Assembly: GCA_050287085.1 (NCBI GenBank)
Contig: JBNKBE010000017.1
Span: forward strand, 32,419-96,418
DNA length: 64,000 nt
Direction of reading: 5' to 3'
From: Polyangiaceae bacterium
Lineage (GTDB): Bacteria; Myxococcota_A; Polyangia; Polyangiales; Polyangiaceae
Made by a program: the position numbers and the translations under genes. The notes beneath the pieces were generated by a model. That model saw nothing but the letters and a program-made list of their open reading frames with translations. It did no database searches and had not been told where the DNA came from. Below are positions 10,058 to 19,365 of this stretch, one piece after another (the stretch's first letter is position 1; the number at the start of each line of letters is the position of its first letter).

Positions 10058-11427
10058 TGCCCGCCACTATTTCCGAATCACTCGTCATCGGCATGCTTGC
10101 GCTGCCTGTGTTCGCATTCTTCTCTTTGGCCCTACCCGCTTGGTTCGGACTCCGGCTGGGTGAAAGGTTCATCGCGACAATCGTGGGCTCGGCTTTTGCC
10201 CTGGCCGCCGCATTTGCGCTGTATCTCTGTGCCCTGCAGATTCTTCCGGGAGCGCGCCCCCTGATCGTTCATCTCGGGTCGTGGTTCAACGTCGGCCATC
10301 ACGCCTTCGAATGGACGCTGATGGCCGATCGCCTCTCTCTGCCATTGTCGGCGTTCTCGCTGGGCCTGTGTGGCCTTGTCGGAGCGTTTTCCAACCGCTA
10401 TCTGCATCGGGAACCCGGCTATTTTCGATTCTACCTGATGCTGGCGCTGTTTGGGGCTTCGGTTGAAGTCGTGCTCTTGAGTGCCAGCCTGGACAATATC
10501 TTCTTTGGTTGGGAACTCGTGGGCATCACCTCCGCTTTGCTGATCGCGTTCTTTCACGAGCGTCCGGCTCCGGTCCGTCACGGCTTCCGCGCGTTCGTAA
10601 CGTACCGCGTTTGTGACGTTGGGTTGCTCACCGCCGCGGTCTGGTTGCACCATACGGGTAGCACGGCAGATCTGACGCCTTCGTCTGTTACTCCCTGGAG
10701 CGGTTTGCCCGTGCCGACACAGGCTATCGACGCGACTATCGTGGCCCTACTCCTCGTTTGGGCGTCGATAGGCAAAGCAGCACAGCTTCCCCTCGGCGGC
10801 TGGCTACCGCGTGCAATGGAAGGTCCAACCCCTTCCAGCGCCATCTTCTACGGCGCCATCTCCATTCACCTGGGCCCCTTCCTGCTATTGAGAGCACGCC
10901 CCATTCTCGACGCCTCTCCCGTTGCGGCGGGTTGCGTCATCGCAATTGGCTTGATGACCGCGATACACGCGACCTTCGTCGGCCGTACACAAAGCGACAT
11001 CAAGAGTGCTCTCGCCTACGCGTCAATGACTCAGGTTGGACTTATCTTCGTCGAGATCGGTTTGGGACTCAACTTTCTGGCGGTGGCTCATATCGTCGGA
11101 CACGCAAGTCTGAGAAGCCTCGAGATCTTGCGCTCGCCAAGTCTGCTGCATGACTACCATCACCTGGAGCAGGCGATGGGGCGTCAGCTGCCACGCGTGG
11201 GCGGACACCTGGAGCGACTCGTCCCGAAGGCGTGGCAACCTTGGTTGTACCGCCACGCCCTCGAGCGCGGCTACTTCGATGGTTGGCTAAGAGAGCTCCT
11301 TCTCGGTCCTCTGCTCACATTTCTCAGCTGGCTGGACGCTCTTGAACGAGCTCTTGCCTTCGGCGTCGCCGGACCTCGCGAGGTCCCCACTCAAGCGCCC
11401 AACTCAACCCTGCAACGAGGACGCTGA
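10054..11427 (+). CDS. dabB: DabB-like NuoL/MrpA-type proton-conducting membrane subunit
   Basis: GWELVG, YRVCDVGL, KAAQLPLGGWLPRAMEGPTPSSA and DIKSALAYASMTQVG motifs; overlaps the dabA stop. Confidence 0.9.
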   Translation: MMPATISESLVIGMLALPVFAFFSLALPAWFGLRLGERFIATIVGSAFALAAAFALYLCALQILPGARPLIVHLGSWFNVGHHAFEWTLMADRLSLPLSAFSLGLCGLVGAFSNRYLHREPGYFRFYLMLALFGASVEVVLLSASLDNIFFGWELVGITSALLIAFFHERPAPVRHGFRAFVTYRVCDVGLLTAAVWLHHTGSTADLTPSSVTPWSGLPVPTQAIDATIVALLLVWASIGKAAQLPLGGWLPRAMEGPTPSSAIFYGAISIHLGPFLLLRARPILDASPVAAGCVIAIGLMTAIHATFVGRTQSDIKSALAYASMTQVGLIFVEIGLGLNFLAVAHIVGHASLRSLEILRSPSLLHDYHHLEQAMGRQLPRVGGHLERLVPKAWQPWLYRHALERGYFDGWLRELLLGPLLTFLSWLDALERALAFGVAGPREVPTQAPNSTLQRGR

Positions 11428-12710
11428 TGCCTTCTATGTCTCTCCTCGCCTCTGTTTTTCTTGCGCTTGTCGCGCTCTGGGTTGGACGCCAAAGCAGCGC
11501 CCGCACAGCCCGACGCGGAGCCATCGCCGGAACGGCGCTCGTAGCTGGCGCGCTCGTTGCGCTAGCGGTCTTCACCGTCCGACCGGAGCCGTCGACGCAT
11601 GCGACCCTCGGGGCGCGCAACATGTCCTGGGTCGTGGCTCTCATAGGCCTACTGGCAACGGCGCTCAGTCCCCTTTCGAGCCATCCTCCCCGCACGCTCG
11701 CGCGCGTTCTGCTACTACTTGCCGCCGCTCTCGGCTTTCTGTCCACTGCCGAACCTCTGGTGTTGGCCGCCTTCTGGTCCTTGTCTCAGGGGGTGGTCTT
11801 CTGGGAGCTGTGGTCGCGACGTGAGACGAGCCCAGCATACCGAGTGTTTGCGCTCTATCAGGTCCCAAGCACGCTGCTATTCGCTTGGGGGGCAATACGA
11901 CTCATGGCGGGCGATCGGGAGTCGGCAGCGCTCCTCATCTTGCTGGCAACTGCAATTCGTGAAGCGGCTCTACCCTTGCACAGTTGGTTCCCCAGCTTGG
12001 TAGAGCAGGCGCCCATGGGTATCGTGGTAGCCTTTGTGGCGCCGCAGCTCGGAGTCTACGCCCACCTAATTCTCGTTACGGACGCACTGGCCTCGGATCT
12101 TGTGACTCATCTCGTCGCCGGAGCTGCAGCCTTCACGGCTATCGTCGCCGCACTCCTTGGCCTGGCTCAACACGACGCTCGACGCGCGCTGGCCTATCTC
12201 ATCATCAGTCAGACCGCCCTGGTCGCCTTCGGTCTCGACACCAGCTCTCCCGTCGGGGTTACAGGCGGCTTGCTGCTGTGGCAGGTGGCGGCCCTCGCGA
12301 CCACCGGGTTTGCGATGACAATCTCAGCCCTCCAGGCTCGTCGCGGCAACCTTTCGCTGCGCGGCCCGGGAGGCAACTTCGCCGAAACACCCAGAATGGC
12401 GACAGCTCTCTTGATCTTGGGCTTCAGCGGCGCGGGTCTTCCAATGTCGCTCGGATTCGTTGCGGAAGATCTCTTGGTTCAAGGCTCGGTCGGCAGATTT
12501 CCGCACATCGGCCTGGCCATGATCATCGCAACGGCACTCAACGGCGTTACCGTGATGCGACTTTTCTTTGCGCTGTTCTCAGGCACTCGCACACGTCGCG
12601 GAGAGCCCGACTTGAATCGTCGCGAACTCGTGGCGCTAACCCTGGTCCTGGCGCTGCTATTCGTTGGCGGTCTGTTTCCGCACTACGTGGTCTCGAGCAT
12701 CGTGCTCTGA
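11427..12710 (+). CDS. Second, divergent Proton_antipo_M (NuoM/HyfF-like) membrane subunit
   Basis: Highly hydrophobic; PLHSWFP, DARRALAY and GLPMSLGFVAEDLL motifs; TGATG coupling to dabB. Confidence 0.8.
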   Translation: MPSMSLLASVFLALVALWVGRQSSARTARRGAIAGTALVAGALVALAVFTVRPEPSTHATLGARNMSWVVALIGLLATALSPLSSHPPRTLARVLLLLAAALGFLSTAEPLVLAAFWSLSQGVVFWELWSRRETSPAYRVFALYQVPSTLLFAWGAIRLMAGDRESAALLILLATAIREAALPLHSWFPSLVEQAPMGIVVAFVAPQLGVYAHLILVTDALASDLVTHLVAGAAAFTAIVAALLGLAQHDARRALAYLIISQTALVAFGLDTSSPVGVTGGLLLWQVAALATTGFAMTISALQARRGNLSLRGPGGNFAETPRMATALLILGFSGAGLPMSLGFVAEDLLVQGSVGRFPHIGLAMIIATALNGVTVMRLFFALFSGTRTRRGEPDLNRRELVALTLVLALLFVGGLFPHYVVSSIVL

Positions 12711-12794
12711 GGTCCGAAGACGGGAAAGTCAGTCCCGAGCCGGTCGAGGAGAGCGCGCGAAGGTGGGCGCGTGAAGAGCAAGCACCGCAGGGCT
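12711..12794. repeat. Truncated copy of MITE-like repeat family B
   Basis: ggtccgaagacgggaaagtcagtcccgagccggtcgag...ggtgggcgcgtga...agcaccgcagggct aligns with the left half of 29769-29940 and starts right after a stop codon. Confidence 0.65.
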
Positions 12795-12817
12795 TGGGGC
12801 TGGCATACACAAATTCG

Positions 12818-12871
12818 GAGCGGAGCGACGCCGAGCACAGGACTCGTCGCTCGCTCATTCTTCTTGCTTTT
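12818..12871 (+). terminator. Possible terminator of the dab operon
   Basis: Stem gagcggagcgacg / cgtcgctcgctc followed by attcttcttgctttt. Confidence 0.45.
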
Positions 12872-12873
12872 AT

Positions 12874-12888
12874 TAGTTAGTCTAACTA
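12874..12888. promoter_or_regulatory. Putative MarR operator (perfect 7-1-7 palindrome)
   Basis: TAGTTAG-t-CTAACTA, AT-rich in GC-rich DNA, 10 nt before the marR ATG, within a TTGCTT-17nt-TATGTA promoter-like pair. Confidence 0.65.
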
Positions 12889-12898
12889 TGTATCGATT

Positions 12899-13357
12899 AT
12901 GCATCAGGACTTCCTGCGGTCGCTCCAATCGAAGCTCATTCCCCTACTGGCGCGCGCCGATCGATTGGCATCGCAATGGCTCGAAGGAGAGCTGCTCAAG
13001 CACGGGATCACCTTGGCCGACTTTCGTCTGGTCGGAGCCTTGCTCGGCGAAACGGATGGGCTAACGCAGCGCCAACTTGCGACCCGTCTGAGCGTAGAGC
13101 CAGCCACCCTGTCGACCGCCGTCGCCAAACTCGAACGTGCGGGCGTGGTCGAGCGTCGCCCACACCCGGACGACGCACGCGCCAAGTGCGTCCGCCTAGC
13201 CTCGGATCTCCCGCAACTGGCAGCCGTCCAAACTGCGGTCGAACAGCTAGAAAGACGGGCACTCGTAGGTATCGCCCCCCAGGAACGGGCGCTTGCGCGG
13301 CAGATACTGCTTCACATCATCGCCAATCTATCCTCCTCCGCCGACAACCACCAGTAG
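12899..13357 (+). CDS. MarR family transcriptional regulator
   Basis: GLTQRQLATRLSVEPATLSTAVAKLERAGVVERRPHPDDARAKCVRL winged-helix signature. Confidence 0.93.
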   Translation: MHQDFLRSLQSKLIPLLARADRLASQWLEGELLKHGITLADFRLVGALLGETDGLTQRQLATRLSVEPATLSTAVAKLERAGVVERRPHPDDARAKCVRLASDLPQLAAVQTAVEQLERRALVGIAPQERALARQILLHIIANLSSSADNHQ

Positions 13358-13487
13358 TGGAACCAGCCCACAACTTCGCGCCTCTGTGCCGCGAGCTGGC
13401 CCGCGCGTCTCAAGCCTTCGCACAAGCGCCTTTCGTCGTCGCCGAATCACCATGCCCCTGCTCGGGCTCAACGCAATGGAGTTATTC

Positions 13488-14102
13488 ATGAAGTCAGCAT
13501 TTGTTTCCGTCACGTTGCTATGTCTGGTCGCCTGCGGAGCGCCCGCTCCTGTTCTGCCACTGCAAGCTGGCTCGCCGCCCCCCGCTGAAGTGACTCTCGT
13601 GTGGGTTGGCGAGGGCAAGGCTGAAATACTCCAGGGAGGCGTCTGGCAGCGAGCGCCCGAGTTCGACTATCAATTCTCCGTCGTACAACGACGCTATCGC
13701 AACCACTGGGACTCAGTGAAGGAGCTTCATCGTCGCCATCCAAACTACGACGGAAGTGCGGGACAACGCGACCAGACATACTTCTTTCACGTAGCTTACC
13801 GGCCTGCGGACGATGAGAGCGCAGTCAGCGGCAGTGTGACATCAACACTGGGCAATGGCTCACTCAGCACCGATCGCGGGTTTCGCGATGCGGTTGTCGA
13901 GCTTGATGCAGACGTGAGCTCTTTCGCTCCGTTCAATGCATACCGCATTACCCAACACTACCGCTACGACGCCGGCAGCTTGACAGAAACGGTAGAGCTC
14001 AACAAGAAGCACGATGGCACCGAGACGCCCTGGGTGCGCAGTCAGGAACAAGCGACGCTCTTTGCCCCGCATCGCTTTGAGGCACCACCGACGCAACGCT
14101 AG
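13488..14102 (+). CDS. Hypothetical lipoprotein (beta-rich, possibly barrel-type ligand binder)
   Basis: GGAG RBS then MKSAFVSVTLLCLVAC lipobox. Confidence 0.75.
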   Translation: MKSAFVSVTLLCLVACGAPAPVLPLQAGSPPPAEVTLVWVGEGKAEILQGGVWQRAPEFDYQFSVVQRRYRNHWDSVKELHRRHPNYDGSAGQRDQTYFFHVAYRPADDESAVSGSVTSTLGNGSLSTDRGFRDAVVELDADVSSFAPFNAYRITQHYRYDAGSLTETVELNKKHDGTETPWVRSQEQATLFAPHRFEAPPTQR

Positions 14103-14159
14103 TGAGTTGCCCGTGCCAGACGCTGCAAAGTCGTCGATCATTGAAGGAGAAGATTCAGA

Positions 14160-16997
14160 CTACCATAGAAACTGGAATACTATTGACGTTGGAAGCTGAG
14201 ACCAGCCACTGCGCAGCGGCCTCCCCCAGAGCCAGGGTCGCTGGTATTCAAGCCCCAGGGACAGACGGTCCAGCAAGGATATTCTGATTCCAATGCCGGG
14301 ACTCACGAACAGGCCGTCGTCTTCGTTCTGCTGGCAATGACCAAGATTCAGACATCCAACTCCGAGTCGTAGATACGAGTCGAGAGCGGCACCGAACCCA
14401 AGCGGCATGAAGTCTTGAAGCGTGAGTCGGACGAACGCTTCACTGCTCGAGAAGCGTTCGTTCACCCAAGGTGGCTGGCCCAGCGGCGCTCGGAATCGTA
14501 GGAGCCTAGTTCCGAGGTCGCCCCGAAGCGCCCGGTATAGACGCCAGCCACCGTAAACCTCAACCCCGTGGGAAAGACCCACCCCAAGGCTCACCTGGGG
14601 CCATGTCTTTGTGTCGAACATCGCGTCCAGAGCAGGACGCTCCGCGATTCGCAGGAGATGCGGCGTCACCTCTGCCTTCTGATTGCGCGCCAGATTCTGA
14701 ATCGCCTCGTGCAGCGTGTCCCACACGACCTCAATAGCATCACCGGCGCTATCTATCGTCCTGAGGTCTACGTAACGAAACCAAGGATCCGACGCGGGTT
14801 CGCTACCGTCCAGGCGGTCGCCGTTTAGAGAGGCAACGAAACGAGCGAAGGAGGGCTCAGCGGGCTGTTCTCGCGTCAACCAAACCCGATAGTTGTGCAT
14901 CGCTGCAAGCATCGCCGCAAAGTTGCTTGTGGCTACCGGATTGGCCAGGTCTGCATCGAAGCGCTCGCGGTGCGCACCGCCCAGTGCCCCGCGCACTTGC
15001 TTTCGAAAGTCCGACAAAACGGCATCCGACTGCTCCGGACGCCACAGTCTCCGACAGGTCGTGGGCAACGCCGTCGGATCTCTGAGTGGTGTTCCCCAGT
15101 CGATAGCCGGTTCCACCTCCTTCCCCGCTCCTTGCGTCCCCACGGCAGGAGCGCTGTCGGAGCGCCGCATCACGGCATCGTAGTAGTCAACAATGCACCG
15201 GTAGCGAACGTCCTTGCTCCAGGTTTGCTCCAGCTTTTCAAGGAGGCTCTGCTCCCCGGCGATGGCGAGTTGTCGCTCCTCCCTCGCCAAAAAGTGTCGA
15301 GCATCCGCCATCCCCACGTAGAAGTCGTAGACGCGAAAGTCATGTTCAAAGAACGCGAAGAAGTGCGCTAGCTGCTCACCCGCAATTGGCATCTGCCGTT
15401 CCGGGACCACCAAGCGCGGCGCGGACCAGTCTTGGTTGGCCCTGAGGATAAATGGGTAGCGACGCGCGTTGTCCAAGAATTCGGCATCAAAGCTAGACGC
15501 AATGAAATTGCCCCCAAAACGCAGCAGCGTTCTGACGATGTCTTCAGTAGCCACCCCATCAGGCGGGACTTCCCTGCTCTGATTGGCCCATGCTGTGACA
15601 TTCGGCTCCAGGAAGTAGTAGTTGATGGGTTGGCTGCGCAGCACACCGCTCAAAAAAGGATTGTCCTGCAGCGGAACCACTTTCTGCTCATTTGTTCTGG
15701 CATGCTGCCACTCCGTCAGATCCACCGCCAATCCGATGGGAGTGTTGTCGAATGTGCCGCCGTCCACGAATGCGGCGACCTTGACCACCTCTTTCAACGT
15801 CGGATGACGCTCGACATACGGAAGTCGAACCGGAGGGAAGGCGCCAGGAAAAGCTCCGGAAGCCTGCACTGCGCGGAGCACCACGTCGCGATCGATAGCG
15901 GCACCCTCCGGCTGCAAACCCAAGCGTGCAAAGAAATAGCGTTGTTCTCGACTCGGCTCGGGCAAGGTGACATTGCGCACCTCGATCGTTCCACTGGCGT
16001 CGCTTGAAAACGAAAGCGCGAACTTCTCTCGGAGCGAAGAACGACGAATCAGAGACACCGGAGGTGCTGAACTGCGCTGTTCTTCTACGTGGACGTCTTT
16101 CGTCTGCACCCCCAGCGGCGTCACCGAGAACCCGAAGTCGACGTGGCAGCCGGGAGTGAATGACTCACCGAGCGCCTCTCGTGCGTGCTTCATGGCAACC
16201 TCCCGAATGGCGCGTTCGTCCAGGAGCGCCAGGGCTTGTCTTGGCGGGTCCTTGGACGACCACAAGCCTGGATAGCCGTGACGCCCCGTGAGCCCGAGCG
16301 ACTCGACCCACACCTTATAGGCCAAGGTATCTACGGGCCGCTGTGACCCTTCGCGACAACTACTCAGCGCGACGGCAAGACCGTTTACAGCGCCTGCAGA
16401 TGCCCCCGTAACGGCAGTGAAGCCCCGCGCCCGGGACGCAGGGTCAAAGCCGCGAGCCCGAACCGCCTTCACCCAATCGGTAAGAACAGTAGCGAACCCA
16501 GCCTGCCAAGAACCGAGGCTGATACCCCCCTGGGAAACGAGCGCAAAGCGCAGTCCGCGTCGCGCCACTGCGGCACGGAATTCCGCAAACCTCCGCCGCG
16601 CCCGGCGTTTGTCTTGCGAACTGCCAACGGAATTGGCCAACGCGTGCTCCAGCGTCACGGCAGCCTGGCGATCGAAATAGGAGCTCTCCTCGTCTTCCAG
16701 GGCCGCTCCGCAGCGCAAGATCGCCGCGGCCGTCAAGAGGCACTGTCGTAGTGCACTACTACGCTCTTCGCGGCGGCCCGTACCCTCATCGGAAAGTGGC
16801 ATCGCGTCACAGCTCGCTAGCTGCTGAGACAACTCCTTTGCTTGGGTCCGCAGCACCAAACATGAGTCGATGATGCCATCCCCGCCCGTACTCTTGTCGC
16901 TCATCGCATCAGCAATGCTGCGCTCCGCCGCCGCAAGCGACGATACCGCGAGGCATCCCGATAGGGTCCCCATAGCCAAGCGTTTTCTCCCCATCAC
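14160..16997 (-). CDS. Secreted patatin-like phospholipase with C-terminal beta-strand domain
   Basis: Signal peptide; GGISLG oxyanion loop, GASAG nucleophile, ASGAFPGAFPP and DGG catalytic Asp; ends in IVFQFLW. Confidence 0.85.
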   Translation of the reverse strand: MMGRKRLAMGTLSGCLAVSSLAAAERSIADAMSDKSTGGDGIIDSCLVLRTQAKELSQQLASCDAMPLSDEGTGRREERSSALRQCLLTAAAILRCGAALEDEESSYFDRQAAVTLEHALANSVGSSQDKRRARRRFAEFRAAVARRGLRFALVSQGGISLGSWQAGFATVLTDWVKAVRARGFDPASRARGFTAVTGASAGAVNGLAVALSSCREGSQRPVDTLAYKVWVESLGLTGRHGYPGLWSSKDPPRQALALLDERAIREVAMKHAREALGESFTPGCHVDFGFSVTPLGVQTKDVHVEEQRSSAPPVSLIRRSSLREKFALSFSSDASGTIEVRNVTLPEPSREQRYFFARLGLQPEGAAIDRDVVLRAVQASGAFPGAFPPVRLPYVERHPTLKEVVKVAAFVDGGTFDNTPIGLAVDLTEWQHARTNEQKVVPLQDNPFLSGVLRSQPINYYFLEPNVTAWANQSREVPPDGVATEDIVRTLLRFGGNFIASSFDAEFLDNARRYPFILRANQDWSAPRLVVPERQMPIAGEQLAHFFAFFEHDFRVYDFYVGMADARHFLAREERQLAIAGEQSLLEKLEQTWSKDVRYRCIVDYYDAVMRRSDSAPAVGTQGAGKEVEPAIDWGTPLRDPTALPTTCRRLWRPEQSDAVLSDFRKQVRGALGGAHRERFDADLANPVATSNFAAMLAAMHNYRVWLTREQPAEPSFARFVASLNGDRLDGSEPASDPWFRYVDLRTIDSAGDAIEVVWDTLHEAIQNLARNQKAEVTPHLLRIAERPALDAMFDTKTWPQVSLGVGLSHGVEVYGGWRLYRALRGDLGTRLLRFRAPLGQPPWVNERFSSSEAFVRLTLQDFMPLGFGAALDSYLRLGVGCLNLGHCQQNEDDGLFVSPGIGIRISLLDRLSLGLEYQRPWLWGRPLRSGWSQLPTSIVFQFLW

Positions 16998-17185
16998 CTA
17001 GCTCCTCCTTGTAGGGTTGGGCCCGCGTCTCCGCTGCTGAGGGAACCAGATGCTCCAGCCCTTGGCAATACCAGACCACACCCGACTCAGCGCGTGCGCT
17101 CGTGGGAAGCGCCCTTTGACATGCAGATACGCGTGAGCATAAGCTCGCCTCGCCCGCTCGCTGGCTCAGAGAGCCCCCTATCCCG

Positions 17186-18664
17186 ATGAGAATGGCAATC
17201 TCCAGGCGCTGGCGCTTTGGCAACCGCTGGCTTGTCGTTGCGCTCTCCTTGACCGCCCGAGACTTGGGCGCGTTCGACGTGGACGTCCACGAAGACATCA
17301 CCCGTCGGGCCATGCGACGTTTCCCAATTCCTACACTGAGCGTCGTTTCGGCCAGCAACCGCGCCCAGGACGCCGTGCGCAACAAGTACGACGCGAGACA
17401 CTTCAATGACTGCGCCTTCTTCGACGCCAGTGGTTGGATCCGCAGACAGTACCAAAACACCCTCGACGCGCTGCAAAGCGCTCGGGATCACGACGAAACA
17501 TCCTGCGAATTCACTCCCTGCCCGCACCTGGAAGAAGCGGCTGCGCATTTCGGCGCACTGCTGCACACGATTCAGGATTTCTATGCTCACTCCAATTGGG
17601 TATCGGTGGCCCCGGACCTGGGTACGGGGGCACAAGCCGTATGGCGACGACACCTCAAGGACCCGTCGGCACTAGCGATAAGCCTCCCGCCGCAGCTCGC
17701 CTTCGCTTCGTCGGGCGAATTCTGTCGCGCCTCTGCTACCTCCAACGACACGCCCCAGACGCATGGGGATGAGTCAGCCCCTCTGAACTGCATGACAGGT
17801 GAAGAACGGGACGCGCAGAGCGGGGACTTTCCACTCCTGTATGGAACGTGGGTGCACCAAGGATGGGCGTACCGGTGGCAAGATGCAAAAGCCCCGTCGA
17901 GCACAGCGCAAGCGACAGCCAGCGCTCCGATCTCAATCTACAGTGGACGAGTCGGGAACATTCGCGACGGTGAAGAAGGCGGACGTTGCCCAAGGGGCTT
18001 TGAGCGCGGGCACTGGGACCGAGGTGCTCAAGGGCTTCACAACGACGACCCCAGCCGACCGAACTTCGCTCGTGCCCGCACACTGGCCTTCATGCAAACC
18101 GTATACGAGCTCATGAGGCTAGAATTTCTATTGGCGCGACGCGATCCCGCGTTGCTCCAATACGTGCGAGCCCAGTGGACACTCGGAGCCAGACTCTACG
18201 AAGCGGACGATCTGCAGACGACCGTCCCCGCGGGCGTCGCGCAGGACCTTGATGGCCCGTCTTTTTTTGCCAAGCGCTACCACTACGGGTTGCAGCTCGG
18301 CGCCGGAGGATGGCGGGAAGGGGCACAGATGGCGGGGGGTGCTCGCGCCATGCTCGAACAGCGTCTCGGTCGCTTTGCTGTTGCGGTCGGAGCTACATTC
18401 AGTAGCCAACTTGGCTTAGCGGCAGCCGTGGTCTATCGCTACCACACGCTAGGAGGTATTAGCGCCGGGCTGCTCTATCACCGCAGCCAATGGCAGCGTT
18501 CAAGCGGTGCGGTAAACGCCACCCTGGGTTACGAGGTCATTCCAGCCGGCGCCGTCGGCGGGTTCGGGCTCTGGACGGTCAACGCGGCGTTCGGCCTAGG
18601 CTACGCCTTGGACGATCGTGCGCTGTCGGCGCAATCCTTGCTGAACGTAGGCCTATTGCGCTAG
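17186..18664 (+). CDS. Het-C/vWA7-N / zinc phospholipase C-like secreted protein with C-terminal beta-strand domain
   Basis: Signal peptide followed by F-x4-HEDIT, RHFND, LHTIQDFYAHSNW and GLHNDDP. Confidence 0.7.
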   Translation: MRMAISRRWRFGNRWLVVALSLTARDLGAFDVDVHEDITRRAMRRFPIPTLSVVSASNRAQDAVRNKYDARHFNDCAFFDASGWIRRQYQNTLDALQSARDHDETSCEFTPCPHLEEAAAHFGALLHTIQDFYAHSNWVSVAPDLGTGAQAVWRRHLKDPSALAISLPPQLAFASSGEFCRASATSNDTPQTHGDESAPLNCMTGEERDAQSGDFPLLYGTWVHQGWAYRWQDAKAPSSTAQATASAPISIYSGRVGNIRDGEEGGRCPRGFERGHWDRGAQGLHNDDPSRPNFARARTLAFMQTVYELMRLEFLLARRDPALLQYVRAQWTLGARLYEADDLQTTVPAGVAQDLDGPSFFAKRYHYGLQLGAGGWREGAQMAGGARAMLEQRLGRFAVAVGATFSSQLGLAAAVVYRYHTLGGISAGLLYHRSQWQRSSGAVNATLGYEVIPAGAVGGFGLWTVNAAFGLGYALDDRALSAQSLLNVGLLR

Positions 18665-19295
18665 CTGGACTTCCAGACCTGACGACCACGCCGAGCCTAA
18701 CAAGAGCGCTACGGGAGGTCGCGCATTTGTGCCATGAAACGCAAATTCATGCCTGCCAAGCACCCCGCTAGGCGATAGGGGGAGGGGAGTACAGTTGTGC
18801 CCCTGATAGTTGGTCCACCAAAGGAGAGCAACGAGCTCAGGGTGCGACGTCGACCGAGAGCACATCCAGCCGCACGAATAGACCGCCATACCAGTCTGGG
18901 TCAGGTTCGACCCCAGGCATGACGGTTTTGGTCCACGTTAGCTACCTGATGACCATCGGGAACCGATTCCCCTCCGTTCACCTTCAACATGACCGTGCCG
19001 CCCCTCGCATCGGGCTCGTGGCCTCGTATAGTCCAAGACGAAGTCGAAGTGACCCGAGGTCGTCGGCGGCACGCGCCACGGCAGACGCACCACCGTACGT
19101 CACAGGGGGTGTGCCACCACCTCCTGCTGCTGAACTCCGTTCCCTTACTCGTCAGCCAACGAGGTGGGCTGATGCCCGTGGCAACGTGAGAGACGACGTT
19201 GGTAGACACGGGCTCATAGTGAGAAAGGGAGACATATTGGCTACAACGACGGCTCACAAAGCGCGGGTGGGTCCAGCCGGCGTCGCTGTAGTTCA

Positions 19296-19330
19296 CAAAA
19301 ACAAGAGACCGACCCTGATGAGCCGGTCTC
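19296..19330 (-). terminator. Intrinsic terminator of the esterase gene
   Basis: Minus strand GAGACCGGCTC-ATCA-GGGTCGGTCTC followed by TTGTTTTT (11-bp stem with two G-U pairs). Confidence 0.8.
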
Positions 19331-19365
19331 TAGTTTGTTCTCCTGGCCGCAGACGCGGCCCTGGA

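Noticed and set aside
10054..12710. NuoL/NuoM-like genes as part of respiratory complex I or Mrp
   Set aside because: No other nuo or mrp genes are present, and direct coupling to a DUF2309 gene indicates a DAB-type complex.
18797..18950. tgtgcccctgatagttggtccacc, reminiscent of an IS3-family end, in a 700-bp non-coding gap
   Set aside because: No transposase ORF or inverted partner end could be found; it cannot be supported without an ISfinder search.
19315..19345. CTGATGAG resembling a hammerhead ribozyme core
   Set aside because: No downstream GAAA or stem II/III; the sequence is the loop of a clear minus-strand terminator.
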